Below are positions 10,201 through 25,200 of a stretch of DNA of 64,000 bases, in pieces. This stretch comes from the human T2T-CHM13v2.0 reference genome, Homo sapiens. Position 1 is the first letter of the stretch, and each line of letters starts with the position of its first letter. The notes beneath the pieces were generated by a model. It was not told the DNA's origin and searched no databases. It saw nothing but the letters and a program-made list of their open reading frames with translations. The position numbers were made by a program, and so were the translations under genes. Location of the stretch: assembly GCF_009914755.1 (NCBI RefSeq), contig NC_060938.1; one strand, given 5' to 3'.

Positions 10201-13200
10201 GGAGTGAAGTGGAATGGAGTGGAGTGGAATGGAGTGGGATGGAACGAAATGGAATAGAGAGGAATGGAATGGAATAGAATGGAATGACGAGGAATATAGT
10301 ATAATGGAGTGGAGTGGAGTGGAATGGAGTTTAGTGGAATGGAGTGTAATGGAATGGAAAGGAATGGAAAGGAATGCAATTGAGTGGAATGGAATGGAGT
10401 GGAGTGGAGGGGAGTGGAGAGGAGTAGAGTGGCGTCCAGTGGAATGGAGTGCTATGGAGTGGAGTGGAGTGGAATGGAATAGAGTGGAATGGAATGGAAT
10501 GGTACAGAACGGAATGGAACAGAATGGAATGGAGTGGAGTTGAGTGGATTGTAGTGGAGTAGAGTGGAGTGGGTTGGAATGCAGTGGAATGCAAGGGAAT
10601 GGAATGGAATGGAGTGGAGTGGAGTGCATTGGAGTGGAGTGGATTGGAGGGGAATGGAGTAGAATGGAGTGGAATGGAATGGAGTGGAGAGGAATGGAGT
10701 GCAACGGAATGGAAGGAATGAAATGGAACCGAATGGAAGGGAATGGAGTGGAGTGGAGTAGATTTGAGTAGAGTGGAATGGAGTGCAGTGGAATGGATTG
10801 GAATGGAATGGAGTGGAGTGGAATGGAATGGAATGGAATGGAATGGAATGGAATGGAATGGAATGGAATGGATTGGAGTGGAGGGGAATAGAGTGGAGTA
10901 CAGTGGAGTGGACAGGAATGGAGTGGAGTGGAATGGAATGGAATGGAGTGGAGTGGAAAGGAATGGAGTGGAGTGGAATGGAAGGGAGTGCATTGGAGTG
11001 GAATTGAGTGGAGTGGAATGGAATGGAGTGGAGTGCAGCAGAATATAATGCAGTGGAATGGAATAGAATGGAGTGGAGTGGAGTGGAATGGAATGGAGTG
11101 GAGTGCAGCAGAATATAATGCAGTGGAATGGAATAGAATGGAGTGGAGTGGAGTGGAGTGGAATTGATTGGAGTGCAGTGGAATGGAATGGAATGGAATG
11201 GAGGGAGTGGAGTGGAGTGGAATGGAGAGGAACGAAATGGAGTGCAGTGGAATGGAATGGAATGGAATGGAGCGAAATGGAATGGAATGGATTGGAATGG
11301 AATGGAATGGAACGGAAAGGAGTGGAGAGGAGTGGAGGGGAATGGAGTGGAGTGGAGTGGAGTGGAGTGGATCAGAGTGCAGTAGACTGGAATGGAATGG
11401 AATGAAATGGAATGGAGTGGAGTGGAGTGAAATTTAATGGAATGAAGTGGATTGGATTGGAGTGGAGTGGAGCAGAGTGTAGTAAAATGGAATGGAGTGG
11501 AGTGTAGTACAATGGAATGGAGTGGAGTGGAGTACAATGGAATGGAGTGGACTGGAGTACAATGGAATGGAGTGGAGTGCAATGGAATGTAATGGAATGG
11601 AGTGGAGTGGAGTGCAATGGAATCCAGTGGAGTGATGTGGAGTGGAGTGGAACGGAGTGGAGAGGAATGGCATGGAATGGAATGGAATGGAATGGAATGG
11701 AATGGAATGGAAAGGAATGGAATGGAAAGGAATGCAATGGATTGTTGAAGTGAAATATGAGCTAAGATTATGCCACTGCACTCCAGTCTGGGTGACAGAG
11801 TAAGATCCAGTCGAAATAAACAACTGGAATGGAATGGAGTAAAATCGAAAGAAATGGAGTATACTGGAACAGAATGGAGTGGAATTGAGTGGAGTGGAGT
11901 GGATTGGAGTGGAGTGGAATGGAGTAAACTGGAATGGAGTAGAATAGAGTGAAATGGAATGGAATGAAAACAAGTGGAATGGAATGGAATGGAGTGGAAT
12001 GGAGTTTAGTGGACTGGAATGCAGTGGAGTGGAATGAAGTGGAGTGGAATGGAGTTGAATTGAGTGGAATAGAATGGAATAGAATAGAGTGGAGTGGAAT
12101 GGAATAGAGTGGCATGGAGTGGAGTAGAGTGGAGTGGAATGGAATGGAATAGAATGGAGTGAAATGGAGTGGTGGGGAATGGAGTGGACTGGAACGGAAT
12201 GGAGTGGAATGGAACAGAAATGAAGGGAAGAAAATGGAATGAAGAGGAGTGCAGTGGAGTGGAGTGGAGTTGAGTGGAATGGATCGGAGTGGAGTGGATT
12301 GGAATGAACTGGAATGGAATGGAATGGAGTGGAGTGGAGTGAAGTAGAGTGGAGTAGAGTGGAGTGGAATGGAATGCAGTGGAGTGGAATGGAATGGAAT
12401 GGAACGGAAAGCAATGGAATGGAACAAAATGGAATGGAACGGAAAGGAAAGGAGTGGTGTGGAGTGAAGTGGGGTGGAGTTGATGGAGTTGTTCAGAGTG
12501 CAGTGGAATGGAATTGAATGGAATTGAGTGCAGCAGAATGGAATGGAATGGAGTTGAGTGGAGTGGAGTGGAATGGAACGGAATGCAATGGAATGGTATT
12601 GAATGGAATGCAATGGAATGGAATGGAATGGAATGGAATGGAATGGAATGGAATGGTGAAATGAAATGTGAGCAAAGATTGTGCCCCTTCACTGCACTCT
12701 AGGTGACAGAGTGAGATCAAGTCGAAATAAAGGAATGGAATGGAATGCAGAAGAATGGAATGGAATGGAATGGAGTGCAGTGGATTGGAATGGAATGGAG
12801 TGGAAGGGAGTGGAATAGAGTGGAATGGAGTAAAGTGGAACAGAGCGGAGTGGAATGTAGTGGAATGGAGGACAATGGAGTAGAATGGAGTGGAATGCAA
12901 TGGAACGAAATGGAATGGCATTTAATGGAGGGGAATGGAGTGGAATGGAGAGGAGTGGAAAGAAATGGAAAGGAATGGAAGGGAATGGAGTGGAGTGGAG
13001 AGGAGTGGAATTGAGTGGAGTGGATTGCAGTGCAGTGAAATGGAATGGAATGCAGTGGAGTGGAGTGGAGTGGAATGGAGTGGAATGGAATGGAGTAGAG
13101 TGTAAAGGAATGGAATGGAATGGATTAGAGTGTAAAGGAATGGAATGGAATGGAACGGAATGGAATGGAATGAAAAGAAATGGATCAGAGTGGAGTGGAG

Positions 13201-16200
13201 TCCAGTGGAGTTGAGTGGAGTGGATCTGAGTGTACTGGAATGGAACGGAATGGAATGGAATTGAATGGAATGGAATGGTATGGGATGGGATGGGATGGAA
13301 TGGAATGGAATGGAATGGGATGGAAAGGAATGAAATGGAATGGAGTAGAGTGGAGACGAATGGAATGGAGTGGAGGGAATTGGAGTGGAATGGAAGGGAA
13401 TGGAATGGAGTGGAAACGAATGGAAAAGAGTGGAATTGAATGGTGAAATGAAATGTGAGCTAAGATTGTGCCACTGCATTCCAGTATGGGTGACAGGATG
13501 AGATTCAGTTGAAATAAAGGAATCGAAAGGAATGCAGTAGAATGGAATGGAATGTATTGGAGTGGAGTGGTGTGGAGTGGAGTGGAGTGGAATGGAAGGG
13601 AGTGGAATGGAGTGGAGTGGAGTAGAATGGAATGGAATGGAACAGAATGGAATGGATTGGAACAGAATGGAATCGAACTGAAGGGAACGGAGTAGATTGG
13701 AGTGGAGTTGAGTTGAGAGGATCAGAGTGCAGTGGAATGGAATCATTGGAATGGAATGGAATGAAATGGATTGGAGTGGAATGGAATGGAGTGGAGAGGA
13801 GTGGGGTGGGGTGGAGTGGAGTTGCACGGAAAGGAATGGAATGGAATAGAATGGAATGGAATGGAATGGAATGGAATGGAATGGAATGGAAAGGTGAAAT
13901 GTAATGTGAGCAAAAATTATGTCAGTGCACTCCAGTCTGGGGGTCAGAGTGAGATCCAATCGAAATAAAGCAATGGAATGGAATGGAGTTGAATGGAATG
14001 GAATGGAGTGGATTGGCATGCAACAGAGTGGAATGGAGTGGAGTGGAGTGGAATGGAATGTAGTGGAGTGGAGTGGAGCGCAGTATAATGGAGTGGAATG
14101 GAGTGAAATGGAGTGAAATGGAATGGAGTAGATTGGAGTAGAATGGAACGGAATGGCACGGAATGCTATGGAATGAAATGGAATGAAATGGAACGTATTG
14201 GAGTGGAGTGGAGATGAGTGGATTGGATTGGAGTGCAGTGGAATGGAATGGAATGGAATGAAATGGAATAGAATGCAATGGAGTGGAATGGAGTGGAGTG
14301 GAGTGGAGTGGAAAGGAATGGAATGCAGTGGATTGGAATGGAATGGAACGGAATTCAGTGGAATGAAAGGGAACGGAGTGGAGTGGAGTGGAACGGAGTT
14401 GAGTGGAGTGGATCAGAGTGCTGTGGAAAGGAATGGAATGGAATGGAAAGGAGTGGAGTGAAATGGAATAAAATGGAGTGGAGAGGAGTGGAGTGGAGTA
14501 GAGTGGAGTGGAATGGAATGGAAAGGAGTGGAATGGAGTGCAATGGAATGGAATACAGTGGAATAGAATGTAATGGAGGGAAGTGGAATGGAATGGAATG
14601 GAATGGAATAGAGTGGAGTGGAATGGAATGAAGTGGAGTCGAACTGAATGGAGTGGAGTGGAGTGAAATTGAATGGTGTGGAGTGGAAGGCAAAGAATGG
14701 AATGGAATGAAGTGGAGTGGACTGGATTGCAGTGGAGTGGAATGAATTGGAATGGAGTGGAATGAAATGGAATGCAATGGAAAGGAAAGCAGTGGCGTGG
14801 AATGGAATGGAATGGAGTGGAGGCCAGTGGAGTGGAGTGGAATGGAAAGGAGTGGAAATGAATGGAATGGAATGGAACGGAATGGAGTGGTGTGGAGTGG
14901 AGTGGAATTGAGTGTAGTGGATCAGAGTGCAGTGAAATGGAATGGAATGGAGTGCAGTGGAGTGGAATGGAGTGGAATGCAATGGAGTGGAGTGGAAAGG
15001 AATGGAATGGAAACAGAATGGAATTGAATGGAATGAAAAGGAATGGATTGGAGTGTAGTGGAGTGCAGTGGAGTTGATTGGAGTGGATCTGAGTGTAGTG
15101 GAATAGAATGGAATGGAATGGAATGGAATGGAGTGGAATGGAATGGGGTGGAGTGGAGTGGAGTGGAATGGAATGGAGTGGAGTGGAATGGAATGGAGTG
15201 GAGTGGAATGGAATGGAGTGGAGTGGAGTGGAATGGAATGGAATGGAATGGAGTTGGATGGAATGGAATGGTGAAATGAAATGTGAGCTAAGATTGTGCC
15301 ACTACATTCCAGTCTGGGTGTCAGAGTGAGATCCAATCAAAATAAAGTAATGGAATGGAATGGAGTTGAATGGAATGGAATGGTGTGGATTGGCATGCAA
15401 CGGAGTCGAATCGAGTGGAGTGGAGTGGAGTATAGTGGAGTGGAATGGAGTGAAATGGTGTGGAATGGAATGGAGTGCAGAAGAATGGAATGGAGTGGAA
15501 TGGCACAGAATGGTACAGAATGAAATGGAACTGAATGGAAAGTATTGGAGTGGAGTGGAGTTGAGTGGACTGGATCGGAGTGCAGTGGAATGGAATGGAA
15601 TGGAATGGAATGGAATGGAATGGAATGGAATGGAATGGAATGGAATGGAGTGGAGTGGAGTGAAGTGGAGTGGAATACAGTAGAATGCAGTGGAATGGAA
15701 TGGAGTGGATTGGAGGAGAATGGAACGGAATGTAATGGAATGGAAAGGATTTGAGTGGAATGTAAGGGATCGGAGTGGAGTGGAGTGGAACGGAGTTGAG
15801 TGGAGTGGGTCAGAGTGCAGTGGAATGGAATGGAATGGAATGGAGTGAAGTGGAGTGGAATGGAATGGAGTGGAGTGGAGTGGAATGGAATCTAATGGAA
15901 TGGAGTGGAGTGGAGTGGAGTGGAGTGGAATGGAATGCAGTGGAATGGAATAGAATGGAGTGGAATGGAATGGAATACAGTGGAATAGAAAGGAATGGCG
16001 GGGAGTGGAATGGAATGGAATGGAATGGAATAGAATGGAATAGAATGGAATGGAATGGAATGGAATGGAATGGAATGGAATGGAATGGAGTGGAATGGAA
16101 TAGAGTGAAGTGGAATGGAGTGGAGTGGAGTGGAGTAAAATAGAGTGGAATGAAGTGGAATGGAATGGAGTGGATTGAAATGGAGTGAAGTGGAGTGTAA

Positions 16201-19200
16201 TGGAATGGAGTGGAATGGAATGAAGTGGAGGAGATTGGAGTGGAGTGCAGTGGAGTGGATTGGAGTGCTGTGGAATGGAATGGGATGGAATGGAGTGGAG
16301 TGGAGTGGAGTGGAATGGAGTGGAATGGAATGGAATGGAATGGAATGGAACGGAATGAAACAGAATGGAAAGGAGTGGAGTGGAGTGTAGTTGAGCGAAA
16401 TGGATCGGAGTACAGTGGACTGGAATGGAAAGGAAAGTAATGGAGTGGAGTGGAGTGGAATGGAATGGAGTGGAGTGGAGTGAAGTGGAGGGGAGTTGAG
16501 TGGAGTCGAATGGAATGAAATGGAGTGGAATGGAGTGGAATGGAATGGAATGGAATGGAATGGAATGGAAAGGAATGGAAAGGTGAAATGAAATGTAAGC
16601 TAAAATTCTGCCACTGCACTCCAGTCTGGGTCACAGAGTGAGATCCAGTCGAAATAAAGGAATGGAATGCAATGGAGTAGAATGGAATGGAATGGAGTGG
16701 AGTAGAATGGAATGGTGTGGAATAGAGTGTAATGGAGTGGAATGGAATGGAGAGGAGTGGAATGGATTGGAAAGGTGTGGAATGGAATGGTATGGAAGGG
16801 AGTGGAATGGAATGGAATGGAGTAGAATGGAGTGGAGTGGAATGGAAAGGAGTGGAAAGAGTGGAGTGTAATGGAGTGGAATGGAGTGAAATGGAGTGAC
16901 GTGGAAAGGAGTGGAATGGAGCTGCATTGAAAGGAATGGAATGGAGTGGAGTGGAATGGAATGGAGTGGAGTGGAGTGGATGGAAGTGGAATGAAGTGGA
17001 ATAGAGTGAAATGGAGTAGGGTGGACTTTAGTGGAGTGGAATGGAATGGAGTGAAAAGTAATGGAATGGAATTGATCTGTGTAGAGTGGAGTGGAGTTCA
17101 GTGCAGTGGATCGGAGTTCAGTGAAATGGAACAGAGTGGAATGGAATATAGTGGAGTGGAGTGCAGTACAGTGGAGTAGAGTGAAATGGAGTGGAATGTC
17201 ATTGAATAGAATGCATTCGAGTGGAATGGAATGGAATGGAAAGGAATGGAAAGGAATGGAACGGAATGGAATGGAACGGAAAGGAACATAGTGCAGTGGA
17301 GGGTAGTTGATTGAAGTGGAGCGGAGTGCAGTGGAATTGAATGGAATAGAATTAATTGGAATGGAGTAAAGTGGAATGGAATGGAATGGATTGGAATGGA
17401 TTGGAGTGTAGTGAGTGGATCAGATTGCAGTGGAATGGAATGGAATGGAATGGAAAGGAGTGAAGTGGAGTGGAGTGGATTGGAGTGGAATGGAGTAGAA
17501 TGGAGTGGAATGGAATGGAGTGCATTGGAATGGAATGGAATGGAAAGGAACGGAATGAAATGTGATGGAATGGAATGGAACAGAAGGGAACGGAGTGGAA
17601 TGGAGTGGAGTGCAGTGGAGTTGAGTTGAGTGGATCAAAGTGAAGTGTTATGGAATTGAAAGCAATGGAATAGAATGGAATGCAGCAGAGTGGAATGGAA
17701 TGGAGTGGAGTGGAATGGAATGGAATGGAGTGGAGTGGAGTGGATTGGAGTGGAATGGAATGGAGTGGAGTAGTGTGGAGTGGAGTGGTGTGGAGAGTAT
17801 AGGAGTGACGTGGAGTGGAATGGAATGGAATAGAATGGAATCGTATGGAATGCAGTGCAGTGGAATGGAATTTCATGGAATGGAGTGGAGTGGAGTGAAA
17901 TTGAATGGTGTGGAGTGGAAGGGAATGGAACGGAATGGAATGAAGAGGAGTGGAGTGGATTGGAGTGGAGTGGAATGGATTGGAATGGAGTGGAATGAAA
18001 TGCAATGCAAGGGAATGGAAAGCAGTGGCATGGAGTGGAATGGAATGGAGTAGAATGTAATGGAGAGGAGTGGAAAGAAATGGAATGGAACGGAAGGGAA
18101 TGGAGTGGAGTGGAGTGGAATTGAGCAGAGTGGATCAGAGTACAACGAAATGGAATGGAATGGAGTGGAGTGGAGTGGAATGGAGGGGAATGGAATGGAG
18201 TGGAGTGGAAAGGAATGTAATAGAACGTAATAGAATGGAATGAAATGAAAAGGAATGTATCAGAGTGGATTGGGGTGCAGTGGAGTTCAGTGGAGTGGAT
18301 CTGAGTGTAGTGGAATAGAACGGAATGGAATGCAATGGAATGGAGTGGAGTGGAATTGAATGGAGTGGAGTGGAGTCGAGTGGAATGGAATGGTGAAATG
18401 AAATGTGAGCTAAGATTGTGCCACTGCACTCCAATCTCGGTGACAGAGTGAGATTCAGTTGAAATAAAGGAATCGAATGAAATGGAACAGAATGGAATGG
18501 AATGGAATGGAGCGGAGTGGTGTGGAGTGTAGTGGAATGGAATGGAATGGAACGGAATGGAATGGATTGCAATGGAATGGGATCGAACCGAATGGAATGG
18601 AGTAGAGTGGAGTGGACTGGAGTTGAGTGGAGTGGATCGGAAAGCAGTGGAATGGAAACATTGGAATGGAATGGAATGGAATGGAATGGAATGGAATGGA
18701 GTGGAGTGGAGTGGAATGGAATGGAGGGGAGTGGAGTGGAATGGGGTGGAGTGGAGTGGAATGCAAAGGAATGGCATGGAATGGAATGCAAAGGTGAAAT
18801 GTAATGTGAGCTAAGATTGTGCCACGGCACTTCAGTCTGGGTGTCGGAGTAAGATCCAATCGAAATAAAGTAGTGGAATGGAATGCAGTTGAACGGAATG
18901 GAATGGAGTGGATTAGCATGCAGCGGAGTGGAATGGAGTGGAGTGGAGTGGAATGGAATCGAGTGGAGTCGAGTGGAGTACAGTGGAGTGAAATGGAGTG
19001 GAATGGAATGGAGTGGATTGGAATAGAATGGAGTGGAAAGGCACGGAACGGTATGGAATGAAAAGGAATGGAATGGAACATATTGGAGTGGAGTGGAGTT
19101 GAATGGTGTGGATCGGAGTGCAGTGGAGTGGAATGGAATGGAATGGAGTGGAGTGGAGTGGAGTGGAATGCAGTAGAATGGAGTGGAATGGAATGGAATG

Positions 19201-22200
19201 GAGTGGATTGGAGTGGAATGGAACGGAATGGAATGGAATGGAATGCAATTGAGTGGAATGGAAGCGAACGGAGTGGAGTAGAGTGGGACGGAGTTGACTG
19301 GAGTGGGTCGGAGTGCAGAGGAATGGAATGGAATGGAGTGCAGAGGAATGGAATGGAATGGAAGGGAAAGGAATAGAGTGGAGTGGAGTGGAAAGGAATG
19401 GAATGGATTGGAGTGGAGTGGATTGGAGTGGAGTGGAAAGGAACAGAAGGGAGTGCAATGGAATGGAATACAGTGGAATAGAATGGAATGGAGGGGAGTG
19501 GAATGGAATGGAATGGAGTGGAATGGAAAGGAGTGGAGTGGAATGGAATGGAATGGAAAGGAATGGAATGGAATGGAATGGAGTGGAGTGGAATGGAATG
19601 GAGTGAAGTGGAATTGAATGGAGTGGAGTAAAATGCAGTGGAGTGAAGTAGAATGGAAGGGAGTGGATTGAAATGGAGGGAAGTGGAATGTAATGAAATG
19701 GAGTGTAATGGAATGGAGTGGAGTGGACTGGAGTGCAGTGGAGTGGATCGGAGTGCTGTGGAATGGAATGGAATGGAATGGAACGGAATGGAATGGAATG
19801 GAGTGGAGTGCAGTGGAGTAGAGTGGAGTGGAGTGGAATGGAGTGTAAAGGAATGAAATGGAATGGAATGGAATGGAACGGAATGGAAAGGAGTGGACTG
19901 GAGTGAGGTTGAGAGGAATGGATTGGAGTGCAGTGGACTGGAATGGAAAGGAAAATAACGGAGTGGAGTGGAATGGAATGGAGTGGAGTGGAATGGATTG
20001 GAATGGAGAGGTATGAAATGGAATGCAATGTAATGGAAAGCAGTGGCATAGAGTGAAATGGAATGGATTGGAGTGCAGTGGAGTGGAGTGGAATGGAGTG
20101 GAGTGCAGCGGATTGGAGTGCAGTGGAGTGGAGTGGAACGGAGTGGAATGGAAAGGAATGGAATGGAATGAAATGGAATGGTGAAATAAAACGTGAGCTA
20201 AGATTGTGCCACTGCACTCCAGTACGGGTGACAAAGTAAGATCCAGTCTAAATAAAGGAATGGAACGGAATGGAGTAAAATGCAATGGAATGGAGTGATG
20301 TGAAATGCAATGGAGAGGAAAGGAGTGGAGTAGAGTGGATTAGAATGGAGTGGAATGGAATGGAGTGGAGTAGAACGGAACAGAACAAAACGGAATGGAA
20401 CGGAAGGGAACAAAGTGGAATAGAGTGGAGTGGAGTTGATTGGAGGGGATCGGATTGCAGTGGAATGTAATGGAAGGTAATGGAATGGTATGGAGTCGAG
20501 AGGAGTGGAGTTTAGTGGAGTGGAGTGGAATGGAGAGGATTGGAGTGGAGTGGAGTGGAGTGGAATGGAGTGGAGTGGAAAGGAATGGAATTGAGAGGAA
20601 TGGAATGGAGTGGAGTGCAATGCAGTAGAGTGGAATGGACTGAAATGGAGTGGAATGGAATGGAGTTCAGTGGAGTGGAGTGGAATGGAGTAGAATGGAG
20701 TGGAGTGGAATGGAGTGGAATGGAATGGACTGAAATGGAGTGGAATGGATTGGAGTTTAGTGGAGTGGAGTGGAGTGGAATGGAGTGGAATGGAGTGAAT
20801 TGGAGTGGAGTGGAGTGGAGTGTAATGGAGTTGAATGGAATGGAACAGAATGGAATGGAATGGAACGGAGTGTAGAAGAGTTGAGTGGATTGGAGTTGAG
20901 TGGAGTGTGTCGCAGTACAGTGGAATGGAATGGAATGGAATGGAATGGAATGGAATGGAATGGAGTGTAGTGGAGTGGAGTTTAATGTAGTGGAGTGGAA
21001 TGGAGTGTAGTAGAGTGGAGTGGAGAGGACTGGAGTGGAATGTGAAGTTACGGAGTTGAATGGCGTGGAGTGGAGTGGAATGGAATGGAATGGAATGCAA
21101 TAGAAAGGAATGGAATGCAATGGAATGGAATGCAATGCAATGCAATGGAATGGAATGGAATGGAATGGAATGGAATGGAATGGAACGGAATGGAATGGAA
21201 CGGAATTGAGTGGAGTGGAGAGTAGTGGAGTGGCATGGAATGGAATGGAATGGAAAGGAATGGAATGGAATGGTGAAATGTAATGTATGCTAAGATTGTG
21301 CCACTGCACTCCAGTCTGGGTGACAGAGTGAGATCCGATTGAAATAAGGGAATGGAAAGGAATGAAGTAGAATGGAATGGAATGGAATAAAGTGGAATGG
21401 AATGGATTGGAATGGAGTGGAGTGGATTGGAATGGTGTGTAAAGGAGTGGAATGAAATGGAATGCAATGGAGTGGAATGTAATGGAGAGAAATGGAATGG
21501 AGTGGAGTGGAGAGGAATGGATTGAGGTGGAATGAAGTGGATGGGAACACAGTGGAATGGAGTGGAATGGAATGGAGTGGAGTCAAGTTGAGTGGAGTGG
21601 AGTGGAATGGAATGACGTAGAATGGAATGGAACGGAACAGAACAGAATAGAATGGAATGGAATGGAATGGTTGGAGTGGAGTGGAGTTGGGTGGAGTTGG
21701 GTGGAGCAGAGTGGAGTGGGGTGGTGTTGATTAGAATGGAACAGATTACCATAGAATGGAATGGACTGGAATAGAAAGGTGTGCACAGGAATGGAGAGGA
21801 GTTGAGTGGAATGAAGTGGAATGGAAAGGAATGGAATGGAATGAAATGGAATAGTGAAATGTAATGTATTCTAAGATTGTGCCACTGAACTCCAGTCTGG
21901 GTGACAGAGTGAGATCCAGATGAAACAAAGGAATGCAATGGAATGCAGTAGAATGGAATTGAATAGAGGGGAGCGAAATGGAATGGAGTGGAATGGAGTA
22001 GAGTGGAATGGAATGGAGTGGATTGGAGTGGTTTGGAAAGGAGTGGAATGGAGTGGAATGGAATGGAGTTCAGTAGACTATAGTGGAGTGGAGTGGAATG
22101 GAGTGAAATTGTGTTGAGTGGAGTGGAATTGAATGGCATGGAATGGAATGGAACAGAACAGAACAGAATGGAACAGAATGGAAAAGAGTGGAGTGGAGTG

Positions 22201-25200
22201 GAGTTGCGTGGAGGGTATCAGAGTGCAGTGGAATGGAATGGAATGGAATGGAATGGAGTGGAGTGGTGTTTAGTGGAGTGGAGTGGAGTGAAGTGGAATG
22301 GAGTGTAGGGGGTGGAGTGGATTGGAGTGGAATGGAGTGGCATGGAGTGGAGTGGAGTGGAGTGGAGTGGAATGGAATGGAATGGAACAGAATGCAATGC
22401 AACGGAAAGGAATGGAATGGAACGGAACGGAACACAGTTGAGTGGAGTGGAGTGGGGTTGAGTGGAATGGAATGGAATGGTGAAATGGAATGTGAGCTAA
22501 GATTGTGCCACTGCACTCTTCTCTGGGTGACAGAGTGAGATCCAGTCGAAATAAAGGAATGGAACGGAATGGAGAAGATTGGAATGGAATGGAGTGAAGA
22601 TGAATGGAATGGAGTGGCATGGAGTGGAGTGCAGTGGAATGGACTGGAGTGGAATGGATTGCAGTATAATGGAGTGGAATTGAGTAGAATGGAATGGAAT
22701 GGAATGGGATGGAATGGAATGAAATGCAGTGGAATGGAGTGGAGTGGAATGGAGGAGAATTTGGTGGAATGGAGTAGAGTGGAGTGGAATGGAATGGAAT
22801 GGAGTGGAGTCGAATGGAGTAAAGTGGAATCGAATGGAGTGGAATGGAAAGGAACGGAACAGAATGGAAGGCAATAGAACGGAGTGGAGTGGAGTGAATT
22901 GAATTGGAGTTTTCTGGAGGGGATAGGAGAGCACTGGAATGGAATGGAATGGAATGGAATGAAGTGGAGTGGAGTGGAATGAAGTGGAGTGGAATGGATT
23001 GGAATGGAATGGAGTGGAATGGCATGGAAATGAATGGAATGAAAAGGAATGGAACTGAACGGAATGAAACGGAATGGAATGGAACAGAATGGAATTCAAT
23101 GGAACAGAACATAGTGGAGTGGAGTGGATTTGACTGGAATGGAATTGGACGGAATGAAACGGAATGGAATGGAACAGAATGGAATTCAATGGAACAGAAC
23201 GTAGTGGAGTGGAGTGGAGTGGATTTGACTGGAGTGGATCGGAATGAAGTGGAATGGAATGGAATGGAAAGGAATGGAATGGAAAGGGGTGGAATGGAAT
23301 GGAATGGAGTGGAGTGGAATCGAGTGGAATGGAATGGAATGGTGAAATGTAATGTCAGCTAAGATTGTGCCACTGCACTCCAGTCTGGGTGACACAGCGA
23401 GATCCAATCGAAATAAAGGAATGGAATGGAATGGAGTAAAGAGGAATAGAATGAAGTGGAATGGAGTGGAATGGAGTGGAATGGAATGGAATGGAATGGA
23501 ATGGAATGGAATGGAATGGAATGGAGTGGAATGAAATCGAATGGAGCAGAATGGAGTGCAGTGGAGTGGAGTGGAACGGATTCAAATGGAATGGATTGGA
23601 ATGGAATGGAGTGGAATTGAGTGGAATGGAATGGAGTGGAATGGAATGGAGTGGAGTGAAGTGGAGTGGAATGGAGTGGAATGGAATGGAGTGGAATGGA
23701 ATGGAGTGGAGTGAAGTGGAGTGGAATGGAGTGGAATGGAGTGAAATGGAATGGAATGGAGTGGAATGGAATGGAGTGGAATGGTATGGAGTGGAGTGAA
23801 GTGGAGTGGAATGGAGTGGAATGGAGTGAAATGGAGTGGAATGGAATGGAATGGAGTGGAATGGAACGAAACAGAATGGAATGGAATGGAGTGAAATGGA
23901 GTGTTTCGGAGTACAGTGGAATGGAGTGGAACGGAATGGAGTGGTGTGGAATGGAATGGAATGGAGTAGAATGGAATGGAATGGATTGGAATGTAGTGGA
24001 GTGGAATGGAGTGAGTGGAACGGAGTGAAATGGAGTGGAATGGAATGGAGTTTAGTGGTGTGGATTGGAGTGGAATGGAGTGGATTGGAACGGATTGAAA
24101 TGGAGTGGAATAGAATGTAATTTAGTGGCGTGGAGTGGAGTGGAATGGAGTGGAATGGAGTGGAGTGGAGTGGAGTGGAGTGCAATGCAGTTGAATGGAA
24201 TGGAACAGAACGGAATGGAATGGAACAGATTGGAACAGAGTGTAGTGGAGTTGAGTGGAGTGGAGTTGAGAGGAGTGTATTGGAGCACAGTGGAATGTAA
24301 TGTAATGTAATGTAACGGAATGGAATAGAAGGGAATGTAGTGGAGTGGAGTTTAATGTAGTGGAGTGGAATGGAGTGTATTGGAGTGGAGTGGAGTGGAG
24401 TGGAGTGGACAGGAGTGGAATGGAGTCTATTGGAGTAGAGTGGAGTGGAGTGGACAGGAGTGGAATGGAGTGGTAGAGAGTGGAATGGAGTGGAGTGCAG
24501 TAGAGTGGAATGGAATGGAACGGAAGGCAATGCAATGGAAAGGAATGGAATGGAATGGAATGGAACAGAATGGCGTTGAGTGGAGTGCAGTGGAGTTGAG
24601 TGGAGTGGAAAGGAGTGGACTGGAGTGGAGTGGAATGAACTGGAATGGCATGAAATGTAACGGTGATATGAAACGTGAGCTAAGATTGTGCCACTGCATT
24701 CCTGTCTGAGTGACAGAGTGAGACCCAGTCAAAATAAAGGAATGGAATGGAATGGAGCAGAACGTAACTGAGTAGAGTGGAGTGGAATGGAATGGAGTGG
24801 CATGGAGTGGAGTGGAGTGGAATGAAGTAGAGTGGAATGGATTGCAGTATAACGGAGTGGAATTGAGTGGAGTGGAATGAATGGAATGGAGTGGAATGGA
24901 ATGGAATGCAGTGGAATGGAGTGGAATAGAGTGGAGTGGAGTGGAGAGGAATGGAGTGGAATGGAATGGAATGGAATGGAATGGAACGGAGTGGAGTGGA
25001 ATGGACTGGAGTGGAATGGAATGTAGTGGAATGGAATGGAATGGAACAGAACGGAATGGAATGGAATGGAATGCAGTGGAGTGGAGTTGTGTGGAGTGGA
25101 TGGGAGTACAGTGGAATGGAATAGTATGGAATGGAATGGAGTGGAGTGGAATGGAGTGAACTAGAGTAGAATGGAGTGGAATTGAATGGAGTGGAGTGGA

